Of a DNA stretch of 60,646 nt, positions 21,874-31,170 are shown in pieces. This DNA is from Polyangiaceae bacterium (GTDB taxonomy: Bacteria; Desulfobacterota; Binatia; UTPRO1). Below the pieces are notes generated by a model that saw only the letters and a list, made by a program, of their open reading frames with translations, did not search any database and was not told where the DNA came from. Where the stretch lies: the NCBI GenBank assembly GCA_031400185.1, contig JANNPN010000460.1, forward strand, positions 1-60,646. The letters run 5' to 3'. How positions within the stretch are numbered: the first letter of the stretch is position 1; every line of letters begins with the position of its first letter. A program made the translations under genes and the position numbers.

Positions 21874-23676
21874 TCACGTTTCGCGAATCACCGCGACATC
21901 GACGGGGGCGCGGCGCGCCGCCCGGAGTTGCACCTTCCGCACGGCCGAACGGGCCGCGGCCGTGACGGTGAAGAGGTCGAGCGACGTCAGCTCCGCCGCA
22001 CCGAGGGACTCAGTCGCGAGGTCCGTCGGCGCGGAACGCGCGGCGGAACGCAGCGCACGGCGATGCGCCCCTTCGTACGTCAGGTACATCCGGAGAAGAC
22101 CCCAGTGCTTCGCCACGATCTCAGCCGCATACCGCGCGTAGAAGACCAGCGGGTTCTCGCGAAGGAGGCCGGGGCGCCGCTCGCGACGATACCTTCGCCG
22201 GAAAATGCCGCTGTCGAGGGGATGGATGCCCTCGATCGTCGCCGCGGCATGAAAGGAGAGCATCATCCACTTCATCTTGTTCGGATCGAATCCCCAGTCC
22301 GCAGCGCGGCGTATGACGGTCTCGACGTGCGCGGGCGTGTAGTAGGCGTCCCATGCTCGACGATAGACGCCCTGCCACTCGTCCTTCGACATGCGCGCAT
22401 GGGGCGCGGTCACGTGCACCGAGTCGTAGCGGTTCATGTCCGGCTCGAGCTCCACGCCGCGCGCGACGAGCTCTTTGTGATCCTGCGACCCGGGCAGCGG
22501 GGTCAGGATGAAGAACTCCAGGAGGTCGACCGGGAGCTCGCGCTGAATGATGCGGATGTCGCGCAGGATGCTCTCGGCGGTGTCGGTCGGAAACCCGAGA
22601 ATGTACCCGGCGAAGGTCAGGGCGCCGATGCCATGCCAGGCCTGCAACATCACGCGGTACTCGGTGATGTCGTTCTGGCGCTTCCGGGCCCCGTCCAATG
22701 CCTCCGGGTTGATGTTTTCGAGACCGATGAACACCCGGTCGACGCCCGCCTGGCCGGCCTTTTCGATGAAGCGTGGGATCTTGTGACAGAGCGTGTCGAC
22801 CTGGATCGTCATCGAGAACGCCAACCCCTCGGCGCGGAGCGCGATCATGCGATCGAACAGCGGCTCCCACGCCTTGTTTCTGGCGAAGTTGTCGTCGGTC
22901 ACGAAGAACTTGTGGACGCCTTGGGCGAGGTTGGCGCGGATGATCCGCTCGACGTCGTCGGCACTCCGGTGGCGCGACTTGCGTCCTTGCACGTTGATGA
23001 TGGTGCAGAAGCTGCAGAGAAACGGACAACCGCGCCCGGCATCGAAGCTCGTACGGGCGCCGGACATGCGGCGGATCTGCGCGATCGGCAGGTACGGGAC
23101 AGGCTGTTCCTCGAGCGCCGGCAGGTCCTTCATGTAATCGTAGAGCGGCTGCAGCTCGCCGCGGCTCGCGTCGCGGAGCAACGCGTCCAGGCGGCCCTCG
23201 AGCTCGCCGGCGTAGAGGGAGATGCCGCGCGCCATCGCCTGCGTGAGGTCGATGGGGAGCGTCGGGAGCATCGCGACGCACCCGCTCGTGTGAAACCCGC
23301 CGATCACGACGCGCACGCCGTGCGCGAGGAACTCCTCGGCAAGGTCGACGGCACGCGGAAACTGATTGGTCTGCACCCCGATCAGCAGCACGACGCCGCG
23401 TTCACCGGCGCGGGCCATTGCTGCGGCGATTCGCCGGGGTACGATGCGGGTGTTCGTCTCATCGTGGGCCGTGACGACGATGTCGACGTCGGGCCCGAGC
23501 ACCCGACGCTCGGCGCAGTCGGCGGTGAGCCCATAGACTGCCGCCATCGTGTTCGACGGGACGCTCGAGCGCGCCCACTGGATCACGTAGCCGTCGTCGT
23601 CGTAGTGCGACGGCTTGATCAGGACGACGCGGAACGTGCTCGTTGCTGCCGTTGCTTCCGTCCCCCTCGCGTCCAT
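21874..23676 (-). CDS. Cobalamin-binding (class B) radical SAM protein
   Basis: CPFLCSFC (CxxxCxxC); N-terminal B12-binding-like region IGVQTNQFPRA...VVIGGFH; FFVTDDNF; FIGLENIN. Confidence 0.88.
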   Translation of the reverse strand: MDARGTEATAATSTFRVVLIKPSHYDDDGYVIQWARSSVPSNTMAAVYGLTADCAERRVLGPDVDIVVTAHDETNTRIVPRRIAAAMARAGERGVVLLIGVQTNQFPRAVDLAEEFLAHGVRVVIGGFHTSGCVAMLPTLPIDLTQAMARGISLYAGELEGRLDALLRDASRGELQPLYDYMKDLPALEEQPVPYLPIAQIRRMSGARTSFDAGRGCPFLCSFCTIINVQGRKSRHRSADDVERIIRANLAQGVHKFFVTDDNFARNKAWEPLFDRMIALRAEGLAFSMTIQVDTLCHKIPRFIEKAGQAGVDRVFIGLENINPEALDGARKRQNDITEYRVMLQAWHGIGALTFAGYILGFPTDTAESILRDIRIIQRELPVDLLEFFILTPLPGSQDHKELVARGVELEPDMNRYDSVHVTAPHARMSKDEWQGVYRRAWDAYYTPAHVETVIRRAADWGFDPNKMKWMMLSFHAAATIEGIHPLDSGIFRRRYRRERRPGLLRENPLVFYARYAAEIVAKHWGLLRMYLTYEGAHRRALRSAARSAPTDLATESLGAAELTSLDLFTVTAAARSAVRKVQLRAARRAPVDVAVIRET

Positions 23677-23830
23677 GACGTGCCCCCCCGGTCCCGCGGA
23701 TCATCGATCGAATCGCAATCCGGGCGGTTCCGGACGACGGCGAAGGCTTCATGTTCTACCAGCCGGACGGACCCGGAGGAAACGTAGCGGCCGGCCAGCA
23801 CGGGCCCACCGCGCCTGCTATGACACGCCG

Positions 23831-25018
23831 GTGCTCGCCTACCGCCCGACCTGCCAGCGCTGCCTCCGGCCGACGTCCCACTGCTATTGCGCGCACTTGA
23901 CGCCGATTCCGAGCCGGACGCGCGTGGTCTTCCTGCAACACCCGCGCGAGTACCGGATGCCGATCGGCACGGCGCGGATGACGAACCTCGGGCTCGCGAA
24001 CTCCGAGCTGCACGTCGGCGCCGATCTGGACCTGCACCCGCGAGTCCGGATGCTGGCGGACGACCCGGGCGGCACCGCCCTCCTCTTTCCGGGACCCGGG
24101 GCGGTCGAGCCGTGGGCGCTTCCCGGCGGGCCGCCCGGGACGCTCGTGGTGCTCGACGGGACGTGGCTCCAGGCGCAGAAGATGCTCGCGCGGAGCCACC
24201 TGCTGCAGCGCCTGCCGCGCGTCGCCTTTACACCGCCGCGCCCGGGCGCCTACCGCATCCGCCGCGAGCCCGCGGCGCACTGTCTCGCGACCGTCGAGGC
24301 CGTCGTCCAGGTGCTCGGACGGCTCGAGAACGATCCCGACCGATTCACGCCGCTGCTGCGCGCGTTCGAGCAAATGGTCGAGCAGCAGCTCCACTTCAAG
24401 ACGGCGCGTCCGAACCCCTACTTTCACGCGCCGCGCGTCCGGCCGTCCGAGCGCGACCGCCTCCGGTCGCAGCTCGCAACGATCCGGGAGCACCTGGTCG
24501 TCGTCCACGCGGAAGCGAACTCACACGCGTGCGCGGCGCCCGCACCTGGCCCGCCCGAGCTCCTGCAATTGGTCGCGGAACGCCTCGCGTCCGGCGAGCG
24601 CTACGAGACCATGCTCGCACCGCGGCGGCCGCTCGCCGCGTCGGTACCGGCGCACCTCGAGTTGCCGCCCGAGCGCTTCGTCGGCGGCGAGGGCGTTGCG
24701 TCCGCCCGCGAGCGTTTCGCCGCCTTCCTTCGCCCCGGCGACCAGATCTGCGCCTGGGGCCGCTTCACGCCCGACCTCCTCCGCGCCGAAGGCTTCGTGC
24801 CGACGGCCGCAACGATCAACCTGCGCGCCGTCGCCGGGCGCGCGCTCCACGGCAGTCCCGGCGGCCCGGAGGACGCGGCGCGAGCGCTCGCCGCTGGCGG
24901 CAGCGCCCGCGCGCTCTGGACCGGGGGCCGTGCCGGGCGGCGGATCGCCGCGCTCGGTACGATCGTGGACGCGATCCTTGCATCCGCCGCAGGGCTGACA
25001 GCGCCCGACGCAGGCTGA
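23831..25018 (+). CDS. DTW-domain tRNA-uridine aminocarboxypropyltransferase (TapT/YfiP-like) with C-terminal degenerate DnaQ-like domain
   Basis: GTG 23831 start; CQRCLRP...CYC; FLQHPRE; VVLDGTW (DXTW); YRIRREP...LATVEA. There is an extra region of about 200 aa at the C-terminus. Confidence 0.85.
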   Translation: MLAYRPTCQRCLRPTSHCYCAHLTPIPSRTRVVFLQHPREYRMPIGTARMTNLGLANSELHVGADLDLHPRVRMLADDPGGTALLFPGPGAVEPWALPGGPPGTLVVLDGTWLQAQKMLARSHLLQRLPRVAFTPPRPGAYRIRREPAAHCLATVEAVVQVLGRLENDPDRFTPLLRAFEQMVEQQLHFKTARPNPYFHAPRVRPSERDRLRSQLATIREHLVVVHAEANSHACAAPAPGPPELLQLVAERLASGERYETMLAPRRPLAASVPAHLELPPERFVGGEGVASARERFAAFLRPGDQICAWGRFTPDLLRAEGFVPTAATINLRAVAGRALHGSPGGPEDAARALAAGGSARALWTGGRAGRRIAALGTIVDAILASAAGLTAPDAG

Positions 25019-26308
25019 CTACTGGAGCTCGAAGCGCTCGCGCAGAAGCCTCAAGAGCGCCACGTTGTCGCTGTGGCCGGTCATGCGCGCCGTCACGAAC
25101 CCGCGGAGCGGCCGGCCGAGTAGATAGAAGTCGCCGAAGACGTCGAGGATCTTGTGGCGCGCGAACTCGTCGGGGAAGCGGAGCGGCGTGTTCACGACCC
25201 CGTTCTCGCCGATCAGGATGCAGTTGTTGAGGCGCCCGCCGCTCGCGAGGCCCATCTTCTCGAGCGTCTCGATCTCGCGGAGGAACCCGAACGTGCGCGC
25301 CGGCGCGATCTCGGCCTTGAAGCGCTCGGTGTCGGTGAACTGGAAGACGTACTCCTGGCGCCCGACCGGCTTCGGGTAGTCGAGGATGTAGCGCACGCCG
25401 AAAACGTCGGCGGGCTCGATGCACAGGTACTCGCCGCCGCCGTCACGGTCGCCGATCTCGTAGCGACGGTCGATCACGATCTCGTCGACGTAGCCGCCCT
25501 GCTCTTCCACGCCCGCGCTCTCGATGAGCGCGCAGAATTCCGACGCGGAGCCGTCGAGGATCGGGATCTCCGACTGCATCTTCACGAGCAGGTTGGTGAT
25601 GCGGTAGCCGTGGAGCGCGGCAAGGAGGTGCTCGACGGTCTTCGCAACGATCCCGTTGTGGTACAGCGTCGTCGCGTAGCCGGTCGAGTCGACGTACTCG
25701 ATGCGGGCGGGGATCGTCGCCGCGTTCGAGATGCTGCCGAAGACGATGCCGCTTCCGGGCGGCAGCGGCTGCAGGATGAGGCCGGTGCGCACACCCGAGT
25801 GCAGGCCCTGCCCGTTCACGACGACGCTCCGTTGGATCGTCCGTTGCGTCCACGGCCACGGGCGCGCGAGGAGGCGGCGCTCGAGCGCGACGGCGCCCGC
25901 CTCGTCGGCGGCGACGGCTTCCGCGTCGATCCCGCCCGCGATCGGCCGCGCGTCGAGCGCGCGATCGACGACGTCGAGCAAGCCGTCCAACGAGAAGGGC
26001 TTCTCGATGAAGTCGAACGCGCCGAGCTTCGTCGCGGTGACGGCGGTCTCGATGTTGCCGTGGCCGGAGATCACGATCACCGGCGTCGACGGATGCGAGT
26101 CGCGGATGTGGCGGAGGAGCTCGATGCCGTCCATTCCAGGCATCCAGATGTCGAGGATCACGAGCCGCGGGTGCTCGTTCGCGATCAGCTCGAGCGCGCC
26201 CCGGCCGTCCTCGGCCTCGAGCACGCGATATCCCTCGTCGGCGAGCACCCCCCGGACGCTGCTGCGGATTCCGGCCTCGTCGTCCACGATGAGAATGGTC
26301 TTGTCCAT
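25019..26308 (-). CDS. lpxC: Response-regulator receiver domain fused to UDP-3-O-acyl-N-acetylglucosamine deacetylase
   Basis: Residues 1-120 form an NtrX-like REC domain (ILIVDDE, D53 in LDIWMPGMDG, SGHG, K103 in EKPF). From residue 155 it is LpxC: QRTI...GLHSG, TVEHLL, EIPILDGS, ARTFG, HKILDVFGD, GHSDN. It is one uninterrupted frame. Confidence 0.95.
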   Translation of the reverse strand: MDKTILIVDDEAGIRSSVRGVLADEGYRVLEAEDGRGALELIANEHPRLVILDIWMPGMDGIELLRHIRDSHPSTPVIVISGHGNIETAVTATKLGAFDFIEKPFSLDGLLDVVDRALDARPIAGGIDAEAVAADEAGAVALERRLLARPWPWTQRTIQRSVVVNGQGLHSGVRTGLILQPLPPGSGIVFGSISNAATIPARIEYVDSTGYATTLYHNGIVAKTVEHLLAALHGYRITNLLVKMQSEIPILDGSASEFCALIESAGVEEQGGYVDEIVIDRRYEIGDRDGGGEYLCIEPADVFGVRYILDYPKPVGRQEYVFQFTDTERFKAEIAPARTFGFLREIETLEKMGLASGGRLNNCILIGENGVVNTPLRFPDEFARHKILDVFGDFYLLGRPLRGFVTARMTGHSDNVALLRLLRERFELQ

Positions 26309-26316
26309 TGTTCCTC

Positions 26317-28614
26317 CTAGTGCAGGACGATTTGCTCGAGCGGCCCTTTCACCGGCAGCTCGACGACGAATCGGCTTCCCTGCGGCTCGTTGTCTTTGAC
26401 GCGCACGAACCCCTGATGATCCGCGACGATCGTCGACACGATGGCGAGACCGAGTCCGGTCCCCCCTTGCTTGGTAGAGAAATAGGGCTCGAAGAGGCGC
26501 CCGCGCTGCTCCGGGTTGATGCCGATCCCGGTGTCGGCGACCTCGAGCGCCACGAACCCGTGGGCGCGGTCGTAGTGCGTTCGCACGTCGATCCGCGGCA
26601 GCGTGCCGTTCACGCGCCGGCCGGAGCCGCCCGCGAGAGCGGACTCATTGCCCACCGCGTCGCAGGCCGCGACCGCGTTGTCGAGCATGTTGATGACGGC
26701 GCGCTTGATGCCTTCGCGGTCGAGCGGCAGCCGCGGCAAGTTCGGATCGCGCTCGAACCCGAAGGCGATCTCGCGATGTCCCTCGCGAAAGAGGACCATC
26801 GCCTCGTCGACCAGCACGTTCAGGTCTTCAGGGGTGTGCTCCCCTGCGGGCATGCGCGCGAAGGTGGCGAACTCGTTCACCAGCGTCTTCAGCTCCTCGA
26901 CCTGGCGGATGATCGTGCGCGTGCACTCCTCGAAGAGCGTCCCGTCCTCCTTCAAGCGCTCGGCGTAGCGCTTGTGGAGGCGCTGCGCCGAGAGCTGGAT
27001 CGGCGTGAGGGGATTCTTGATCTCGTGCGCGATCCGGCGTGCGACCTCGCGCCAGGCCTCCATGCGCTGGACCTTCACGATCTCCGTGACGTCGTCGCAA
27101 AACAACAGCGCGCCGAGCGCCTGCCCCGCGGCGTCGCGCAGCATCGTCGCGGAGAGCACGAGCGTCAGCATGCGGCCGCCGGCGAGGAGCTTCATCTGCC
27201 GCTCGACGCGCCCGCGCGCCGCCGCGAACGAGACGCCGGCGCGGAGCTCGGCGATCATTTCCCGGGCGGGTGCCAGATCCGAGCGCGCGAAGACCGCCAT
27301 GTAGTCGCGGCCGATCGCGGTCGCGCGCTCGATCACGAAGAGCCGCTCGGCGGCCTGGTTCAGCGTGGTGACGCGCCCGTCCGGACCGACCGCGACGACA
27401 CCGGCGGTGAGCTCGGCGAGGATGGTCTCCATCGTGCGGCGGCGCTGCTCGAGCTCGACGTTGCTGGTCTCGAGGTCGGCGGTCATCTGGTTGAACGCGG
27501 TGACGAGCGTCCCGAACTCGTCGTCGGGTGCCACCTGCGTCGCGTCGCCGAGCCCGATCCGGTACTGCCAGTTGCCCTGCGCGACCTCGCGCGTGCCCTC
27601 CGCGAGCTTCTGGATCGGCACCGTGATGCCCTTGGCGAGATAGAAGCCCATCCACGTCGCGCAGAAGATGACGAGCAGGGTCACGAGGACGAGCGTCACC
27701 ACGTAGTTGTTGGTGATCGGCTGCTTCAGGATCTTCAGCTGCCGATACTCCTGAAACGAGCGCGCGATGTCGGCGCTGCGCGTCGCGACGCTCTCGGGCA
27801 CGAAGTACTCGACGACGACCGCGCCTTCGATGCCGCGCGGTCCGGCGATCGGCACGGCGGCCCGGATCACGTCGCCGCGGCCCATCGTCTGGATACGCGT
27901 TTCGGGGCGGCCTTCGAGCGCCGCCGTGAGGAGCGGCGCCGACGGAACCAGCGCCGCCTCGTCCGGGACCGCTTCGGCGCGCGCGGTCGCACGGATGTCG
28001 CGGTCGAGCCCGAAGACCTGGATGGTCCCGACGTTGTACTCGCGCTGCTTGTCGGCAACGAGCGCCTGCAGCCGGTCTTTGGCATCCGCCCCGAGCAAGC
28101 CGTCCTCGCGCATGTGGCCCGCGAGTTGGCGCGCGTGCACGAGCGCGTTCTCGGACGCGTTCCGATAGTACGCCTGCGCGACCTCGAGCGAGCCGGAGAG
28201 CGAGCTCTCGACCTGCACGTTGAACCAGTTCTCGATCGAGCTCGTCATGAAGCCGAGTGCGACCAGGAAGATCAGGATCGCCGGGAAGATCGAGACGGCG
28301 AGGAACGCGAGCACGAGGCGCGTCCGGAGGTGCGAGCCGAGCATGCGGCGGCGGCGCTCGAAGACGAGCTTCAGGAGGTTGCGCGCCACCAGGAACACCA
28401 GCAGCACGAGAAGGATGATGTTGAGGTTGATGAGGAGGAAGAAGATGACGTTGTTGCTGAGCGAGTTGCTGCTCGAGAACTGCGGGAGGCGGGTCTCGAA
28501 GAAGGCGAACAGCAAGACCGCGAGCGCGGCCGACAGGATGATCAGGCCCTCGCGGCGGCGCTGGCGCTCCGCGGGGGGCTCGGGAGCAGTCGGTTGGGCG
28601 GCCGGGTTCGTCAT
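26317..28614 (-). CDS. ntrY: NtrY-like sensor histidine kinase (TM, periplasmic domain, HAMP, PAS, HisKA, HATPase)
   Basis: SHLRTRLVLAF; SSIENWFNVQVE; PIQKLAEGTREVAQGN; AWREVARRIAHEIKNPLTPIQLSAQRL; EPYFSTKQGGTGLGLAIV. Confidence 0.9.
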   Translation of the reverse strand: MTNPAAQPTAPEPPAERQRRREGLIILSAALAVLLFAFFETRLPQFSSSNSLSNNVIFFLLINLNIILLVLLVFLVARNLLKLVFERRRRMLGSHLRTRLVLAFLAVSIFPAILIFLVALGFMTSSIENWFNVQVESSLSGSLEVAQAYYRNASENALVHARQLAGHMREDGLLGADAKDRLQALVADKQREYNVGTIQVFGLDRDIRATARAEAVPDEAALVPSAPLLTAALEGRPETRIQTMGRGDVIRAAVPIAGPRGIEGAVVVEYFVPESVATRSADIARSFQEYRQLKILKQPITNNYVVTLVLVTLLVIFCATWMGFYLAKGITVPIQKLAEGTREVAQGNWQYRIGLGDATQVAPDDEFGTLVTAFNQMTADLETSNVELEQRRRTMETILAELTAGVVAVGPDGRVTTLNQAAERLFVIERATAIGRDYMAVFARSDLAPAREMIAELRAGVSFAAARGRVERQMKLLAGGRMLTLVLSATMLRDAAGQALGALLFCDDVTEIVKVQRMEAWREVARRIAHEIKNPLTPIQLSAQRLHKRYAERLKEDGTLFEECTRTIIRQVEELKTLVNEFATFARMPAGEHTPEDLNVLVDEAMVLFREGHREIAFGFERDPNLPRLPLDREGIKRAVINMLDNAVAACDAVGNESALAGGSGRRVNGTLPRIDVRTHYDRAHGFVALEVADTGIGINPEQRGRLFEPYFSTKQGGTGLGLAIVSTIVADHQGFVRVKDNEPQGSRFVVELPVKGPLEQIVLH

Positions 28615-28636
28615 GGCGCGATCGCTCGTCCGAGGC

Positions 28637-28849
28637 TCATCGTCGGAAAAAGTAGGACATCAAGGAAAACACGAGGCTGAGGAGAAGACATGTTCCGAGC
28701 GGGAGGTAGACGGTCAGGCCGCCGGATCGGAAGGTGAAGTCCCCGGGCAGCCTGCCGAGCCACGGAATCCGGCTCGAGTAGGACACCAGAAGACCCGCAA
28801 CTACCAACACGAGTCCGACCAGGATGAGTGTGCGTCCCAACCCTCCCAT
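28637..28849 (-). CDS. DUF2905 family small membrane protein
   Basis: MGGLGRTLILVG...WLGRLPGDFTFRSGGLTVYLPLGTCLLLSLVFSL; the LGRLPGD and YxPxxTC motifs are typical of the family. Confidence 0.85.
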   Translation of the reverse strand: MGGLGRTLILVGLVLVVAGLLVSYSSRIPWLGRLPGDFTFRSGGLTVYLPLGTCLLLSLVFSLMSYFFRR

Positions 28850-28871
28850 CGTTCGGACCGGGAAAGGCCGG

Positions 28872-28900
28872 ATTCTAGGGGCCTTCCGAGGGCTTGTCCA
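28872..28900 (-). promoter_or_regulatory. Sigma70-type promoter for DUF2905-ntrY-REC/lpxC
   Basis: TGGACA (28900-28895), 17-nt spacer, TAGAAT (28877-28872). Confidence 0.7.
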
Positions 28901-28950
28901 TACAGACACGGCGCGTCATTTTCGTCTCCTCTTCGGCTGTGTACGACAGC

Positions 28951-29973
28951 TCAGAGTAGCCTGGCTTGGCTCCACCGGCTCGGCTCCGTGCGCCCGAAGT
29001 GCCCGAAAGCACGCTCGGTTACGACGCGGCCCTTGGGCGTGCGGGCGAGAAACCCTTCCTTGATCAGGTACGGCACGTAGACGTCCTCGATCGTATCGCG
29101 CTCCTCACCGACCGCCGCCGCGAGTGTATCGAGCCCGACCGGACCCCCGCTGAACTTGTCGATGATCGTGAGCAAGATCGCCCGGTCCATCTTGTCGAAC
29201 CCCCGGCCGTCGACCTCGAGGAGCTGCAGGGCGTCGGCGGCGACGGCCTGCGTGATCCGACCGCCGGCCCGCACCTCGGCGAAGTCACGTACCCGCTTGA
29301 GCAGGCGGTTCGCGATACGCGGCGTCCCGCGCGACCGCCGCGCAATCTCGACAGCGCCCCCCTCGTCGAGCGGCACCTTCAGGATCGCGGCGGAGCGACG
29401 GAGGATCAGACCCAGGTCGCCCTCGTCGTAGAAGTCGAGCCGGAAGTGGGCGCCGAAGCGGTCGCGGAGCGGCGAGGTCAGGAGACCGGTCCGCGTCGTC
29501 GCGCCGACGAGCGTGAAGGGTTTGAGCTCGAGCTTGAGCGTCCGCGCCGACGGCCCCTGACCGACGATGATGTCGAGCTGGAAGTCCTCCATCGCCGGAT
29601 AGAGCACCTCCTCGACGACGCGATTCAGGCGGTGGATCTCGTCGATGAAGAGAACGTCGCCGCGCTCCAAGTTGGTGAGGATCGCCGCGACGTCGCCGGG
29701 GCGCTCGAGCACCGGACCCGACGTGCAGCGGATCTGCACGTCCATCTCCTTCGCGATGATGTAGGCGAGCGAGGTCTTGCCGAGCCCGGGCGGCCCGGCG
29801 AGCAGCACGTGGTCGAGCACGTCGCCGCGCGCTCGCGCCGCCTCGATCGCGACCCCGAGGTTCGCTTTGACCGCCGTCTGACCGACGTACTCTGCGAGGC
29901 CGGTCGGTCGCAGCGACACGTCGAAGCCGGCGTCCTCGTCGGCGGAGAGCGGGTCGATGACGCGTTCGTTCAT
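28951..29973 (-). CDS. ruvB: Holliday junction branch migration helicase RuvB
   Basis: [29 protein letters not shown] and [12 protein letters not shown]. Confidence 0.98.
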   Translation of the reverse strand: MNERVIDPLSADEDAGFDVSLRPTGLAEYVGQTAVKANLGVAIEAARARGDVLDHVLLAGPPGLGKTSLAYIIAKEMDVQIRCTSGPVLERPGDVAAILTNLERGDVLFIDEIHRLNRVVEEVLYPAMEDFQLDIIVGQGPSARTLKLELKPFTLVGATTRTGLLTSPLRDRFGAHFRLDFYDEGDLGLILRRSAAILKVPLDEGGAVEIARRSRGTPRIANRLLKRVRDFAEVRAGGRITQAVAADALQLLEVDGRGFDKMDRAILLTIIDKFSGGPVGLDTLAAAVGEERDTIEDVYVPYLIKEGFLARTPKGRVVTERAFGHFGRTEPSRWSQARLL

Positions 29974-30566
29974 GTGGCCAACCTCCGCAAGGCCTCCCGG
30001 ATGAGGTCGGCGAGCGCGCGGGTCCCGGCCTCCTCGGCACGGGCGACCGCATGCTCCGCCTCGTGCTGCTTGTACCCCAGGTTGACGAGCGCGGACACTG
30101 CCTCAGGCGCGTCGTCACCGATTCGGACGCTGCCCGTCGACGCGGCGGCGCGGCTCTGCTGCAGCACCCGCACCTTCTCGCGGAGCTGCAGGATCATGAG
30201 CTCGGCCTTCTTCTTGCCGATGCCCGGCACCGCGACGAGGCGCCTGACGTCGCCGTCGGCGATGGCGCTCTCGAGATCCGGCGTGTCCATGCCGGACAGC
30301 ACCCCGATCGCGACCTTGGGGCCGATCGTCGAGACCTGGAGCAGCAACAGAAACAGCGAGCGCTCGGCGGCGTCGGGGAAGCCGTAGAGCTGGAGCGCGT
30401 CCTCGCGGACGTGGGTGTGGACGAACAGGTCGACCTCCACGCCCGGGTTCGGCAGGCGGTAGAACGCGTTCAGCGAGACGAAGAGCTGATAGCCGACGCC
30501 GCCCGCGTCGACGACGATTTGCTCCGGCGCCTTCTCGAGCAGCCGGCCGCGGAGGCGCGCGATCAT
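29970..30566 (-). CDS. ruvA: Holliday junction DNA-binding protein RuvA
   Basis: [12 protein letters not shown]...GGVGYQL...[12 protein letters not shown]...VPGIGKK...[11 protein letters not shown] at 30566. Confidence 0.96.
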   Translation of the reverse strand: MIARLRGRLLEKAPEQIVVDAGGVGYQLFVSLNAFYRLPNPGVEVDLFVHTHVREDALQLYGFPDAAERSLFLLLLQVSTIGPKVAIGVLSGMDTPDLESAIADGDVRRLVAVPGIGKKKAELMILQLREKVRVLQQSRAAASTGSVRIGDDAPEAVSALVNLGYKQHEAEHAVARAEEAGTRALADLIREALRRLAT

Positions 30567-31102
30567 CGTCGCGCCGCCATCGACAGCACGGTCGCAAGGC
30601 GCGACGAGTACAGATGGCAGAGCGCGATCGCGAGCGCGTCGGCCGCGTCGGGCCGCATGGCCTCGACGACGCGGAGCTCGCGAACGATCGCGCGCTGGAC
30701 CTGCTCTTTCTCGGCGCGGCCGGTGCCGGTGACCGCGAGCTTCACGGTCGCCGGTGGATACTCGGCGATTGCGATGCCGGCGCTCGCCGCGGCGAGCAGC
30801 GCGATCCCGCGCACCTCGCCGAGGCGGAACGCGCTCTGCACGTTCCGGCCGACGAAGTTCTGCTCGAGTGCCAGTACGTCCGGACGCCAGGCGCCGCAAA
30901 GATCGGTGAGCGCGGCGTGGATCGCGGCGAGCTTCCCCGCGAGCGTGAGGCGCGCGTTCGGCGTGACGGCGCCGTGCGCGAGGTGGGTGACGGAGCCGGC
31001 GCGCCGCTCGACCACGCCCCAGCCCGTGACTGCGGTTCCCGGATCGACGCCGAGGACCCGCACGGGCGGCTCGGCTCGCCTGTCCCCTCCCCCCCTCGCC
31101 AT
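30563..31102 (-). CDS. ruvC: Holliday junction resolvase RuvC
   Basis: VLGVDPGTAVTGWG, LALEQNF, VKLAVTGTGRAEKEQV and DAADALAIALCH. Start is 31102 (ATG) or 31063 (GTG). Confidence 0.95.
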   Translation of the reverse strand: MARGGGDRRAEPPVRVLGVDPGTAVTGWGVVERRAGSVTHLAHGAVTPNARLTLAGKLAAIHAALTDLCGAWRPDVLALEQNFVGRNVQSAFRLGEVRGIALLAAASAGIAIAEYPPATVKLAVTGTGRAEKEQVQRAIVRELRVVEAMRPDAADALAIALCHLYSSRLATVLSMAARR

Positions 31103-31170
31103 GAGCCTCCCGTCAATCACAGGTGATCGTGTCCGATCACTACGCGCCCGGCGCTCGGGACCGGGGACCG

